This document shows, piece by piece, positions 11,746 to 23,264 of a DNA stretch of 64,000 nt. Origin of the DNA: Octopus sinensis (taxonomy: Eukaryota); assembly GCF_006345805.1 (NCBI RefSeq), contig NC_043023.1, positions 15,376,001 through 15,440,000 of the forward strand, read 5' to 3'. The position numbers were made by a program, and so were the translations under genes. Each line of letters starts with the position of its first letter. The stretch's first letter is position 1. The notes beneath the pieces were generated by a model. That model saw nothing but the letters and a program-made list of their open reading frames with translations, was not told where the DNA came from and made no database searches.

Positions 11746-12145
11746 GGTCTTTTCAGTTTGAACAGTAGTTTCTAAAAAAAATTTCCACGTAACTAAACAC
11801 TTTTAAACTTCGTATACTGGTAGAATGTGTTTATAAAGCATCTTCTTCTCTTGGCTTTATTGAGAAAATTCTACGGTTTGTAAGATATTTGTTGTTTTTT
11901 TTCTGCAATTTCAACCAATCATTGACGTCTATTGAGGTGAAATCATTCTGTGCCATATGAATATGTCCCTTGTTTAAGAAACAGATTGGGTTTATTTACA
12001 TTTGTGAAGAAAAAAAGATACCCTTTCCTCCACCCCTAAATCTAAAAGAGATTGAAATGCAATGGATCGATACTAGGGTCATAATAATGGGTGACAATTT
12101 CATATGACACCGCCAGAAAAACTGCTGTTCAAACCGAGAAGATCC
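11746..12145. mobile_element. MITE family A, short monomer form
   Basis: Termini GGTCTTTTCAGTTTGAACAG / CTGTTCAAACCGAGAAGATCC; body matches one arm of the palindromic form. Confidence 0.8.
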
Positions 12146-12189
12146 AGTACATTTCTAAATATCTCATAGAGATTTATGCAGTAGTGGTA

Positions 12190-12691
12190 CGATAAAGATA
12201 CCCTTCCCCCACCCCTAACCCTAAAATAGATTGAAATGCAAAGATCGATACTAGGGTTATAATTATGGGTGACATTTTCATTTGACACCACTAGAAAAAA
12301 ATCCCATTTTCTGTAGTGGTGTCGTATGAAATTGTCACCCACAATTATAACCTTAGTATCGATCTTTGCATTTCAATCTATTTTAGGGTTAGGGGTGGGG
12401 GAAGGGTATTTTTTTTTCTTTGCAAATGTAAATAAACCCAATCTGTTTCTTAAACAAGGGACATATTCATACAGCACGGTATGTTTTGACTCCAAATAGA
12501 CATATTTCATTGGTTAAAATTGTCGAAATCCTTGATTTTAAAGTGGAAATATGTTACAAACTATAGAACTTTCTCAATAAAGCCAAGAAAAAATGATGTT
12601 TTATAAACACATTCTACCAGTATACGATGTTTAAAAGTGTTTAGTTAACTATAAATTGTGTTGACATATGCCATTCAAAAGGAAAAGATCA
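12190..12691. mobile_element. MITE family A arm (further arms at 13718-13945, 14075-14383, 18010-18245)
   Basis: Conserved TTCTACCAGTATACGAAGTTTAAAAGTGTTTAGTTAACTA...AAAAGGAAAAGATC ends. Confidence 0.8.
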
Positions 12692-13012
12692 GCGCAAACT
12701 TGTACAAAGTACAGATGGCTGCATGTTAATATGTCTTAGGAAAAACAGCCTTCTCTCATATTCAATAAGCTTGGTGGCACCCTGGTAGTAAATATCATTG
12801 TGGAAAACGTAAAACCACCTATAATTGTAATATATATATTAATTACCAGAGTGACCCACGACCTGACTGTTTATCGACGCCGGTTACTATTTAAGAAAAG
12901 TGGTCCCACTGCGCACTATCGCGCTAGCTAGTTGTGACTAGTCGATCCTACGACTACCTAGCGCGAGTGCATGTATGCAAATTAATAGATGCACGCATGC
13001 GCAAAACATGTA

Positions 13013-13524
13013 CTGTACATCCTCAAGTATAATCCGCATTTTCCCCCCAAATTTAAAGGTCAAAATCCCAGGTGCGGATTATATACGAGGTAAAAAATGA
13101 AAAATATTCTGTAAGCAATGTCCGAGTCTCTCTTTGCTGTCCAGCAATGTTTATTCAGATGCATTTTGTGATGTCGGGCGTGAAAATACCTTAAGCTAAG
13201 CCTGAAAGCAATGAAGTCATAAAAGAATCATCCATAACTTGCAGTAAGCAACATTTATTAAACGTTATTACTGTTCTTTCTTTATTTTCTGCAAACAAAA
13301 TGCACAAAAAAGCTACACGTTTGCATTATGTTATATATACAATAATAAGAAAGGAGGTTACCATATACATTTTCACAAACCAAGGATGTTATATAGACCT
13401 CCTTGACTCAGGTTAGAGAAGGGGTGCATATTATACACAAGGTTTAAGTTTTTCAGAGGTACAGCCCCCTAAAAATTCCCCTGAGTATTATGCTCAAGGG
13501 CGGACTATACTCGAGGATTTATGG
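13013..13524. mobile_element. Tc1/pogo-like MITE
   Basis: Inverted termini CTGTACATCCTCAAGTATAATCCGC / GCGGACTATACTCGAGGATTTATGG flanked by TA. A second copy starts at 14707 and is split by the Helitron. Confidence 0.75.
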
Positions 13525-13614
13525 TATGTATTTAAAGGCTGTATATCAAATAATTTTTTTTTTTTAAACAAGGTAAATAATTTTTTCACACAAAGTAAAT
13601 AATTATCAACTAAT

Positions 13615-13717
13615 TAGAGAGAGAGTCAGTTTAGATGAGATGCAGTTTGGGTTCATGCCAGGGAAAAGCACCACTGATGCTATATATTTCTGGTAAGACA
13701 GATGCAGGAGAAATACC
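13615..13717 (+). mobile_element. RTE RT fragment
   Basis: RERVSLDEMQFGFMPGKSTTDA...RQMQEKY, truncated by a MITE A arm. Confidence 0.75.
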
Positions 13718-14953
13718 TGATCTTTTTCTTTTGAACGGCAGTTTTCAACACAATTTCTAGTTAACTAAACACTTTTAAACTTCGTATACTGGTAGAATGT
13801 GTCAAAATAAAACCTTTTTTTCTCTTGGCTTTCTTGAGAAAATTGTAATTTGTTTGTTTAACGAAGTTCAATTTTTCGAATTTTAACCAATCAATGGCCT
13901 CTATTGAGATAAAATCATTTGCTGCGTCTAAAACTGAGACAACATCACCCTAACCCAAACCCTAAATTTTAGCATTTCGTTTTTTTTCTCAATTGTTTAA
14001 TTAATTTAAGGATAACAATTAAGAAAAAAAACGAAACGCTAAAACAAAAGCAAAAATTCAACAAAAACAAAATGGTTAGGGTTAGGTGTGGGGGAAGAGT
14101 ATCTTCTTTTCTTCGCAAATGTAAATGAACCCACTCTGTTTCTTAAACGAAGACACATTCATACAGCACAGAATGTTTTGACTCCAAATGGACGTATTTC
14201 ATTGGTTAAAATTGCCAAAATCCTCGATTTTAAAGTGGAAATATGTTACAAACTATAGAACTTTCTCAATAAATCCAAGAAAAAATGATGTTTTATAAAC
14301 ACATTCTACGAGTATACGAAGTTTAAAAGTGTTTAGTTAACTATAAATTGTGTTGACATCTGCCGTTCAAAAGGAAAAGATCCGTGCAAACTTGTACGAA
14401 GTACAGACGTCTGCGTGTTAATATACATCTCAGGAAAAACAGCCTTCTCTGATATTCAATAAGCTTGGTGGCACCCTGGTAGTACATATCATTGTGGAAA
14501 ACGTAAAACCACCTATAATTGTTATATATATATTAATTACTAGAGTGACCAACGACTTGACTGGTTACAGACACCGGGTACTATTTAAGAAAAGTGGTCC
14601 CGCTGCGCTCCATCGCGCATCCGCGCTAGCTAGTTGTGACTAGTCGATCCTACAACTACCTAGCGTAAGTGCGCGTATGCAAATTAATAGATGCGCAAAA
14701 CATGTACTGTAAATCCTCGAGTATAATCCACATTTTTTCCCCCAAAATTTAAAGGTCAAAATCCTAGGTGCATATTGTACACGAGGTTAAAAATGAAAAT
14801 TATTTTCTAAGCAATGTCTGAGTCTCTATTTGCTGTCCGGCAATGTTTATTCAGACGCATTTTGTGATGTCGGGCGTGAAAATACTTTAAGCTAAGCCTG
14901 AAAGCAATGAAGTCATAAAAGAATCATCCATAACTTGCAACATTTATTAAACA

Positions 14954-17900
14954 CTAGCAGAGATACCCGGATTTGCCCGGTTACATTCTATAGAAGAATT
15001 AGACTTTTCTGTTATATATATATATATATGGATACACACAAATATATGTATATTAATATAAATACATGAAAGTACATGAAGTTTGTTAAAAAAAAGGGGA
15101 TCATGTATATACCGCCTGGCTTTTGAGATTATAACACCTCGTTGTAAACAATGTTCCTTGTTTTTCCTTGTGGAGCATATACAAAAAGGGTTCTTTTGGT
15201 TCCTACTCTTGAGCAGCCAACATACAGTTGCCTATGCGAGAAGCAGGGCTCTTCCAAGAGAAGACCAGCTACAGAGAGGGTTTGACCCCGAGATTTGTTA
15301 ATGGACATGGCAAAGCTGACACGAAGGGGGAATTGCAGTCTTCTGAATGTAAATGGAATTTCTGCTCCTGATGGAGTAAGAGAAAATCTTGGAATAAAGA
15401 CGTCATCACCTTTTCCACATCCAAAAAGAATGATCGCCTCGATAACCTGTGATATCATTTTCTTTATCACCAGTCATGTTCCATTGCAAAGTCTTGGTGG
15501 TAATATGTGTGGAGGTAGTCGAGGAGGCTCCAGTGAATTGAGAAATTCAGGAGGACAGTTCACAACTTCATTTATATCTGGAATTGTATCAACAGACTTG
15601 TAAGTGTGTATAGTGCCGGGAAGAGAATGCATTAGCTGTTGATTAATTTTGTTAACAGTGACATTTTTTGGAGCTAATATTGCTCTTTCACACTGCCAAT
15701 TGTGATTTTGGTAGTTTTGTGTGAAGTTGGGAAAGACTTTGTTTTTGAGGTCATCTATAGAATTAACAACAGAGGAAAATGACCACACTTCCATTTGTCC
15801 TGCACCATCGAAAGGCATCTTGCCTTCACCAAGTGTCAAAATGTCCTGTGCAAACTTTGTGGACATTTTGTCGCCGTGTAGCTGAGCTCTCATGTTAGTG
15901 GTGAGACTAAAGATTGTAACATGATGCCACAGGGTAGAGGACTTTAGGCATGCTTGAACTTCATCAGCTCTAGTGCTTTTCGGAAGGACAGGAAGAGTTT
16001 GCCTGAAATCACCTGACAACAGAAGCGTTACACCTCCCATTGGAGCCTGACAGTCTCGGATGTCTTTCAGGGCTCTATCTAATGCTTCCAAAGCTCCCTT
16101 GTGAGCCATAGTGCACTCATCCCAGACAATTACATAACACATTTTAAGTACTTGTCCCTGATCTGAGCTTTTGTTGATGTTTCATGAAGGCATTTCGGAT
16201 GCTGCTAAATTGAGAGGGAGTTTAAAAGTTGAGTGTGCTGTCCTGCCTCCGGGTAACAAAGTAGCTGCAATGCCAGAGGAGGCTACAGCTACTGCAATGT
16301 CCTGATGCTACCTAACTTCTGCAAGGAGAAGCTTTGTAATAAATGTTTTTCCTGTCCCTCCAGGAGCATCGAGGAAGAAGATTCGTCCCTCGCGTTGGCG
16401 TACACTGTTAAGAATAGTTCTGTAGGCCTGCAGCTGGTCCGGAAGTAATTTAGGCTCATTTTCAACAATGTACTTTGAAAGCGCTTGAGTGTCGTAGGTT
16501 GTTTCACGAATGACAGCAGTAGGAAGGCTATTTGACCCTTACCTGAATGCTTGTGGCAGACCATACGTCGACAATACATTTCCACCCAGTTTAGCAATTC
16601 TGTCTTCAATGTCAATGAGTGTTTTGTTATAGATTTCATTGCTGATATCCCTCCATGTCAGGATAGAGCAGTTGAGCTTGGCGCTGAAGGGGACAATGTT
16701 TTTGAGATTCCGGTTCGAATGTAAGGCAAGTTTGAAAGTGTTCCCAACAGTTATTAGTTGTAGTGGTAGAGTGTTTATGCCGAATATGTACGTATGCACG
16801 TATATATATGTATGTATGCCTGTATATTTGTACAAAATCCACTGAGAAGGCTTTTGTTGATCTGAAGCTACAGCAGAAGACACATGCCAAGTCACCACAC
16901 AGTGGGACTGAACCCAGGACCATGTGTTTGGAACGTAGTTTGTTACCACACAGCCACACCTGCCCCTATGTATGTGTGTGTGTGTGCGCGCGTATGTGTA
17001 GATATATTATGCACGTATATATGTGTACATATTACATGTACATCTATATATATACATCTACACATAAAATACAAAATACAAAGTTATATCTTGATATCGC
17101 TAGTGATAACAATACTCAAAAATATATAACAGACTGGAATTGTAGGCCTATCTCTTGCAATTTCGATCAATTGGATCTTGTCCTCCCTCATGTATAGAAG
17201 TGTACGGCTGCAGTGAAATTCATTTTTGGACTTTCTTCTATCGAAGGCATTTTAACAAAAATGCTTCCGTAAAGAAGGTGAAAATATTGTCAATTTCCCC
17301 AAACAGGGACACAATTCAATTTTTAAACAATAACCAAAGCACCTTCTCCGAGAGGGGGAGGGTTACGGTTTACAATTATTTAACAAATGCAACACAACAA
17401 CATTTCCCTGACGAGGAACCAACAAACGTGATTGCAATAGTCAAACAGTAATAATAACAACAAACCTTTTTAATTTATCCCCATTTATGTGAAACCACTT
17501 ATTCAAGTTCAAGTCATTGATGCAATTTTATACGAATTGCTAATACACACACACACACATAATAAGGGTGAAAAATTGAATTTTAATTTGATTAATTTCA
17601 ATTGAAAACCAGTGGTGTAGCATATAAGACCATAGCGGATCTTCCTCTAGCAAAAACGATGACCACTATTGATGGCACATCCCTGTTATATAATACTTTC
17701 ACTTAAATAGTTTCACACTTGCAAAGAGAAAGTAGGAGAAAGTGTGGTGGTAATAGCAGAAGTAAACCACTTGAAATGAGAGAGGCAACTCGTAAAATAT
17801 TGAGTTTTCTCGAATTTTTGCTTAATTGGGGGTCAAATTAAAAAAATTTTACATGCCATGACCCAATCGAATCTACTTGGGAAAATCACAGGTAAATTCC

Positions 17901-17984
17901 AATTGAAGAAATTACATATTGTAGAATTGTATTAAAAAGAAACATGGGAACAGGCAGAGAAAATCTGCCTTTTATCATAAGAGA
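14954..17984 (-). mobile_element. Helitron, internally deleted (3.03 kb), with decayed PIF1-like helicase
   Basis: 5' TC (TCTCTTATGATAAAAGGCAG) at 17984, 3' hairpin CCGG-GCAAAT-CCGG then CTAG at 14954, inserted between A and T with no TSD. Helicase motifs FFLDAPGGTGKTF, WDECTMAHK, LLSGDFRQTLPV, RLQFPLRVSFAMSINKSRGQTL at 15129-16400, with stops and frameshifts. Confidence 0.93.
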
Positions 17985-18278
17985 TTATTACTGTTATTTC
18001 TTTATTTTCTGATAGGATGTTGTCTCAGTTTTAGACACAGCAAATGATTTTAGCTCAATAGAGAGCATAGGATTGGTTAAAATTCGAAAAATTAAACTAC
18101 ATTAAACAAACAAATAACAATTTTCTCAAGAAAGCCAAGAGAAAAAAATGTTTTATTTTGATACATTCTACCAGTATACGAAGTTTGAAAGTGTTTAGTT
18201 AACTAGGAATTTTGTTGAAAACTGCCATTCAAAAGGAAAAGATCCGGCTTAGAGTGATTTACTGCAGATATTACAGTT

Positions 18279-19268
18279 CTATGGTTTCTCTCCTGTACGA
18301 ATGTTTTTATGAGAGGTTAAAGAGCGCAAGCAAGACAATGATTTACCACAAATATCACACTCATAAAGTTTCTCTCCTGTATGAATGGATTTGTGATAAG
18401 TAAGGCTATGCTTATGGGAGAATGATTTACCACAAATACAACATTGATATGGTTTCTCTCCTGTATGAATGGATTTGTGAGAAGTAAGGTGAATTTTCTG
18501 AGAGAATGATTTACCACAAATATCGCATTGATATGGTTTCTCTCCAGTATGAATGGATTTGTGATAAGTAAGTCTATGCTTATGGGAGAATGATTTACCA
18601 CAAATACGACATTGATATGGTTTCTCTCCAGTATGAATGGATCTGTGACAAGTAAGGTGAATTTTCTGAGCGAATGATTTACCACAAATATCACAGCAAT
18701 ATGATCTTTCTCCTGTATGAATGTATTTGTGAGAAGTCAGGTGAATTTTTTGAGAGAATGATTTACCACAAATATCACAGCAATATGGTCTTTCTCCTGT
18801 ATGAATGTATTTGTGAGAAGTCAAGTGAATTTTCTGAGAGAATGATTTACCACAGATATCACAGTGATAAGGTTTCTCTCCTGTATGAGTGGATTTGTGA
18901 GAAGCAAGGTTACTTTTCCGAGAGAATGATTTACCACAAATATCACACTGATATGGTTTCTCTCCTGTATGAGTGGATTTGTGTCTAGTCAGGTTACATT
19001 TCTGAGAGAATGATTTACCACAAATATCACAGTGATATGGTTTCTCTCCTGTATGAATGTATTTGTGAGAAGAAAGGTGACATTTATCAGAGAATGAATT
19101 TCCACAGATATCACATTGATATGGTTTCTCACCTGTGTGAATGGATTTGTGTCTAGTAAGGTGAATTTCCTGAGAGAATGATTTACCACAAATATCACAG
19201 TGATATGGTTTCCTATCTGCATGAATGAATTTGTGAACAGTGAGATTTCCCTGATTAGAAAAAGTCAT
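18279..19268 (-). CDS. C2H2 zinc-finger protein C (329 aa, ~10 intact fingers)
   Basis: Open ORF of TGEKP-linked fingers. The family ATG (MNPQEM) at 19330 is out of frame; the in-frame ATG is at 19268. Paralog of G. Confidence 0.9.
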   Translation of the reverse strand: MTFSNQGNLTVHKFIHADRKPYHCDICGKSFSQEIHLTRHKSIHTGEKPYQCDICGNSFSDKCHLSSHKYIHTGEKPYHCDICGKSFSQKCNLTRHKSTHTGEKPYQCDICGKSFSRKSNLASHKSTHTGEKPYHCDICGKSFSQKIHLTSHKYIHTGERPYCCDICGKSFSQKIHLTSHKYIHTGERSYCCDICGKSFAQKIHLTCHRSIHTGEKPYQCRICGKSFSHKHRLTYHKSIHTGEKPYQCDICGKSFSQKIHLTSHKSIHTGEKPYQCCICGKSFSHKHSLTYHKSIHTGEKLYECDICGKSLSCLRSLTSHKNIRTGEKP

Positions 19269-19299
19269 TTTACAGATATCACATTGATGTGATAATTTT

Positions 19300-20929
19300 C
19301 TGTTTCTTTTGTCATCTCTTGAGGATTCATTATTGTTCTATAGTATACAAACACAAAATATAATTTTGCTTCCTTTTTTTATATATTTCTATTGCTTATA
19401 TTTCCAGCAGTTCCGATCTTCATCAATTTCTGAAGATGATACAAACACCTTTGCAGATATCTCCCGCTCCAAACAGAATGTGAAAGACTTTAGCAAATAT
19501 TCCAGGCAATGATGGAAACAAATGTTGCCATCAATTCAGAAGAAATATTTCACAGTTTTCCACCATAGACAAATCGTATAAAAAGAGTTATGTCAAATAT
19601 TTATAACATCTTCCATTAGATGATCAATATTCATGAAGTATCACTAACATTTCACCTCCTGAAATGACACAGAAACAGAAGAAGATATAGGAAAGACTTA
19701 AAAAGCAGAGATTCAACTATAAAAAAAATATAACTACATCTTCATAATGATAAACTGTGGATATAATCCTTTAATTTGTCTTTGAAATTTATTTATGGTA
19801 ATTTATAATATGGTAACCCTTTTGTTACCATATTTCTGCTGAGATTCAGTGTGTTTCTTTCAATTATTTTAAATATAATAAAGAATTTAGTAAACTAACT
19901 TAGTTATCATTCAACTAGTGTTAGGAACATAAATTGTAACTAAGGTTTGGTGGAAGATTTTAATTCAAAACTTATGAAAACAAGACATTTTACCACAGAG
20001 CCAGAGCCCGTTTTGGCCGGGTTAGTAACAAGAGGGTGTGGTCTTTGAAATTTATTTTGTTATTAAAATTATATGATACAACCTTGTGTAATGTCTACAT
20101 TTACACGGACTTCAGTTCCTCTTCCTTCAGATATTATGTAAAACATTATCCCTTTAGTGTTCAGATTATTCTGTTAAATGTAATTCTTTTTCACTCAAAT
20201 TGTTTTGAATTAATCATGCAATATCTTATAGCTTTGAGGTTTCAATGATGTGATTGTTTATTTCTAGAATGTCAATGTAGGTTAGGTGTGAGAGGCCAGA
20301 TACCACCAGTTTGAATATAAAACATGCAGAATATCTGGGCCTGATATGGCCGGTTTAAACAATAAAGGGTTCAACTATAGGATATTGGACAATAATATGA
20401 TAAGTGAATACTGTTTAACCCTAGGTTATCCCTGACTGAGCAGATCTATTATTGAAATTAGGTAATGTTCATGATTGTTACAACTTCTGTAACAGATCAA
20501 ACATAAACATAAACTACAATTTAGTGAACCAACCCATCATGACTTTTCCTCTCGTAACTTTATCAATAATAAAAACAAACTGCACTCACATATGTTGAAG
20601 GTGTGGTCACTAATTTAGAGAAAGTGTTCTGTGAATTGACGTATGAAGATTAGAGCCAGGACAGAATGGCGATCCTTCGGTATAGGTACACACGTGACTC
20701 TGTTTACGTTTCTGAAGATAACAAAAACACTTTTCTCTCCCCCCCCCCTACATATAAAGAAACACCTTTTTGAAATGTATCCAGTACTTCCGAAGTACAC
20801 CGGTATTTATACCGTAAGATCGCCTTTCTTTTTAAAACAAAGTAAATAAAACACAAAAGCATAGGTACTACTAGCGAAGACTGGACCCGGTACGCGCTAG
20901 CTAGTCGTAAGTAGTCGTTCCTACAACGA
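19300..20929. repeat. 5' region of C, inverted paralog of the 5' region of G (43727-45290)
   Basis: Mirror ORFs 20036-20248/44425-44637 and shared MITE B and C fragments. Confidence 0.92.
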
Positions 20930-21378
20930 AAATTTTAGGAAAAAAGTAAATAAGAAATAACTGCAAAATTTTACCGATGAGTGTGTTAAATTATACGGCA
21001 CAAAAAGAAAATGACTCTCCCCAGACACAACAGAATATGCTTCAATACACGAATTCATATAAAGAATCTTGCAAACCAAATAGAATTAATATCTGTTTCT
21101 TTATTACCCACAAGGGGCGAAACACGGACGAAACAAACAAGGCCTGACAAACGGATTAAGTCGATTACATTGACTCCAGTGCGTAACTGGTACTTAATTT
21201 ATCGACCCCGAAAGGATGAAAGGCAAAGTCGACCTTGGCGGAATTTGAACCCAGAACGTAACGGCGGACGAAATTAATATCGATGTCAGACTAGCAACAT
21301 TGAATACTTTCATTATTGTCTGGAGTTTCGAATTTTCCAGGTTCTTCTGCTTTCACTAAAAATAAAATATGTACGATA

Positions 21379-21545
21379 TCTTACCTGTTATGATAAATAA
21401 ATCAGTGCTAAAAGTCAATTAACGCAAACCACACCAAAAAAGCCATTCAGCGGGAAACGTAATTTAAAGAAAGCTCAAAAATTAGACATGGAATGTCGAC
21501 GAAACGAACTGTATATCCGGATGTATATATATCGTAATACTATAG
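21379..21545 (-). promoter_or_regulatory. Putative first exon of C (inverted copy of D's)
   Basis: CAGTTCGTTTCGTCGAC core (21495-21511, minus) and CAG|GTAAGA donor at 21384. Confidence 0.55.
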
Positions 21546-21689
21546 CACATACTTAAATACACAGAAACGTGTGCGTATATGTGTGTTTCATTTAAATTCT
21601 GTATAATTAAATTGCGACCAGGCTGAAGTATCAGCTCATAGGATTCATTTAACAAAGCAACACCAGAACATATTTTTAATTTGGTAGTT

Positions 21690-22180
21690 ATACTGTTGCA
21701 CAACGAAGTTACAGGAATGTAAACAAAGCAACAATGGTTTTCGAATACTGGTAGAAATAACACACACGAGTCTTCCTGTTTTCCCTCCGTCCCTCTTTGA
21801 TAAGTCCTGTTGGTTTCTTTCCGTCCCTGTAATTTAAGGGTTCGGTAACAGGATAGTGGAAAAGTACCAATAGATATGAAAATAAGCAGTCAGTTTTATA
21901 TGTTTTGTCATCATTTGGATTTTTCCTCATAACTCACATTTTTGAAAAGTAATTATACCAATAAAAAACATTGAGAATTTACCAACTTAGTTTTAGCATC
22001 CGATAAATGTATATAGTATTACGATATATACAACATCCGGATATACAGTTCGTTTCGTCGACATTCCATGTCTATTTTTTGAGCTTTCTTTAAATTACGT
22101 TTCCCGCTGAATGGCTTTTTTGGTGTGGTTTGCGTTAATTGACTTTTAGCACTGATTTATTTATCATAACAGGTAAGATA
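21690..22180 (+). promoter_or_regulatory. Putative promoter and first exon of D
   Basis: Core at 22046-22062; CAG|GTAAGA donor at 22173. Confidence 0.6.
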
Positions 22181-22554
22181 TCGTACATATTTTATTTTTA
22201 GTGAAAGCAGAAGAACCTGGAAAATTCGAAAGTCCAGACAATAATGAAAGTATTCAATGTTGCTAGTCTGACATCGATATTAATTTCGTCCGCCGTTACG
22301 TTCTGGGTTCAAATTCCGCCAAGGTCGACTTTGCCTTTCATCCTTCGGGGTCGGTAAATTAAGTACCAGTTACGCACTGGGTCAATGTGATCGACTTAAT
22401 CCGTTTGTCTGTTCTTGTTTGTTTCGTCCGTGTTTCGCCCCTTGTGGGTAATAAAGAAACAGATATTAATTCTATTTGGTTTGCAAGATTCTTTATATGA
22501 ATTCGTGTATTGAAGCATATTCTGTTGTGTCTGCGGAGAGTCATTTTCTTTTTG

Positions 22555-22800
22555 TGCCTTATAATTTAGCACACTCATCGGTAAAATTTTGCAGTTATTT
22601 CTTACTTATTTCCTTTTTTCCTAAAATTTTCTTTGCGTCTTGCAACCTTTTCAATAGTTTTGACTCTGTCCGTTATTTACACTGCTTTTCCTTTTGTTTG
22701 TTTGGGTGCCTTGAAACTAAACTATGGAAAGTATTAGATTTATGACTCAGGTCATTATAGACGAAAGTAATGTCTTGTGTCATGAGTATCATTTTAAAGT
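22555..22800 (-). mobile_element. Merlin internal fragment upstream of D
   Basis: Reverse complement of ~3030-3275. Confidence 0.7.
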
Positions 22801-22879
22801 GTAATTTCTTCGGGCAACAGTTTATATCCACAGTTTATCATTATGAAAATGTAGTTAAAATTTTTATTGTTAAACCTTT

Positions 22880-23264
22880 GCTTTTTAAAGTCTTTCCTAT
22901 ATCTTCTACTGTTTCTATGTCATTTCAGATACTCGTATAAAGGAGTTTTACGTGAGATACATCATGAATATTGATCATGTTTTAAAAACGAATGTCAGCC
23001 GTTATAAATAATAGATAATAACTCTGTTTATATAATATATCTATGGTGAATAACGGTGAAATATTTCTTCTCAATTAATAGCAACATTTGTTTTCCTCAT
23101 TGCCAGGAATATTTACAAAAGTATTTCGCATTGTGTTTGAATGTGAGAAAATCTGGAAAGGTGTTTGTATCATTTTCAGATGTTCAAGATCAGATTTGCT
23201 GTAGAAGATATATATAAAGAAGAAGGGGAAAATATATTTTCTGTCTGTATACTACAGAACAATA
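22880..23264 (+). promoter_or_regulatory. Conserved splice signals upstream of the ZNF ATG (copy D shown)
   Basis: Polypyrimidine tract ending CATTTCAG at 22928, candidate donor ATG|GTGAAT at ~23045, proximal YAG|AACAATAATG at 23257. Paralogous distal acceptors at 2905, 19659, 32931, 38275, 44982, 50599 and 62173. Confidence 0.6.

Larger units (their letters stand above)
12390..14953 (+). repeat. Tandem duplication, ~1.69-kb period (12390-13275 and 14085-14953)
   Basis: The same order of MITE A arm, unique flank, MITE C end and pogo MITE start occurs twice. Confidence 0.88.
20924..22635. repeat. Near-perfect inverted repeat, arms ~20924-21545 and ~22012-22635
   Basis: Direct reading of both arms; mirror ORFs 21011-21277 / 22359-22544. 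Confidence 0.93.
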
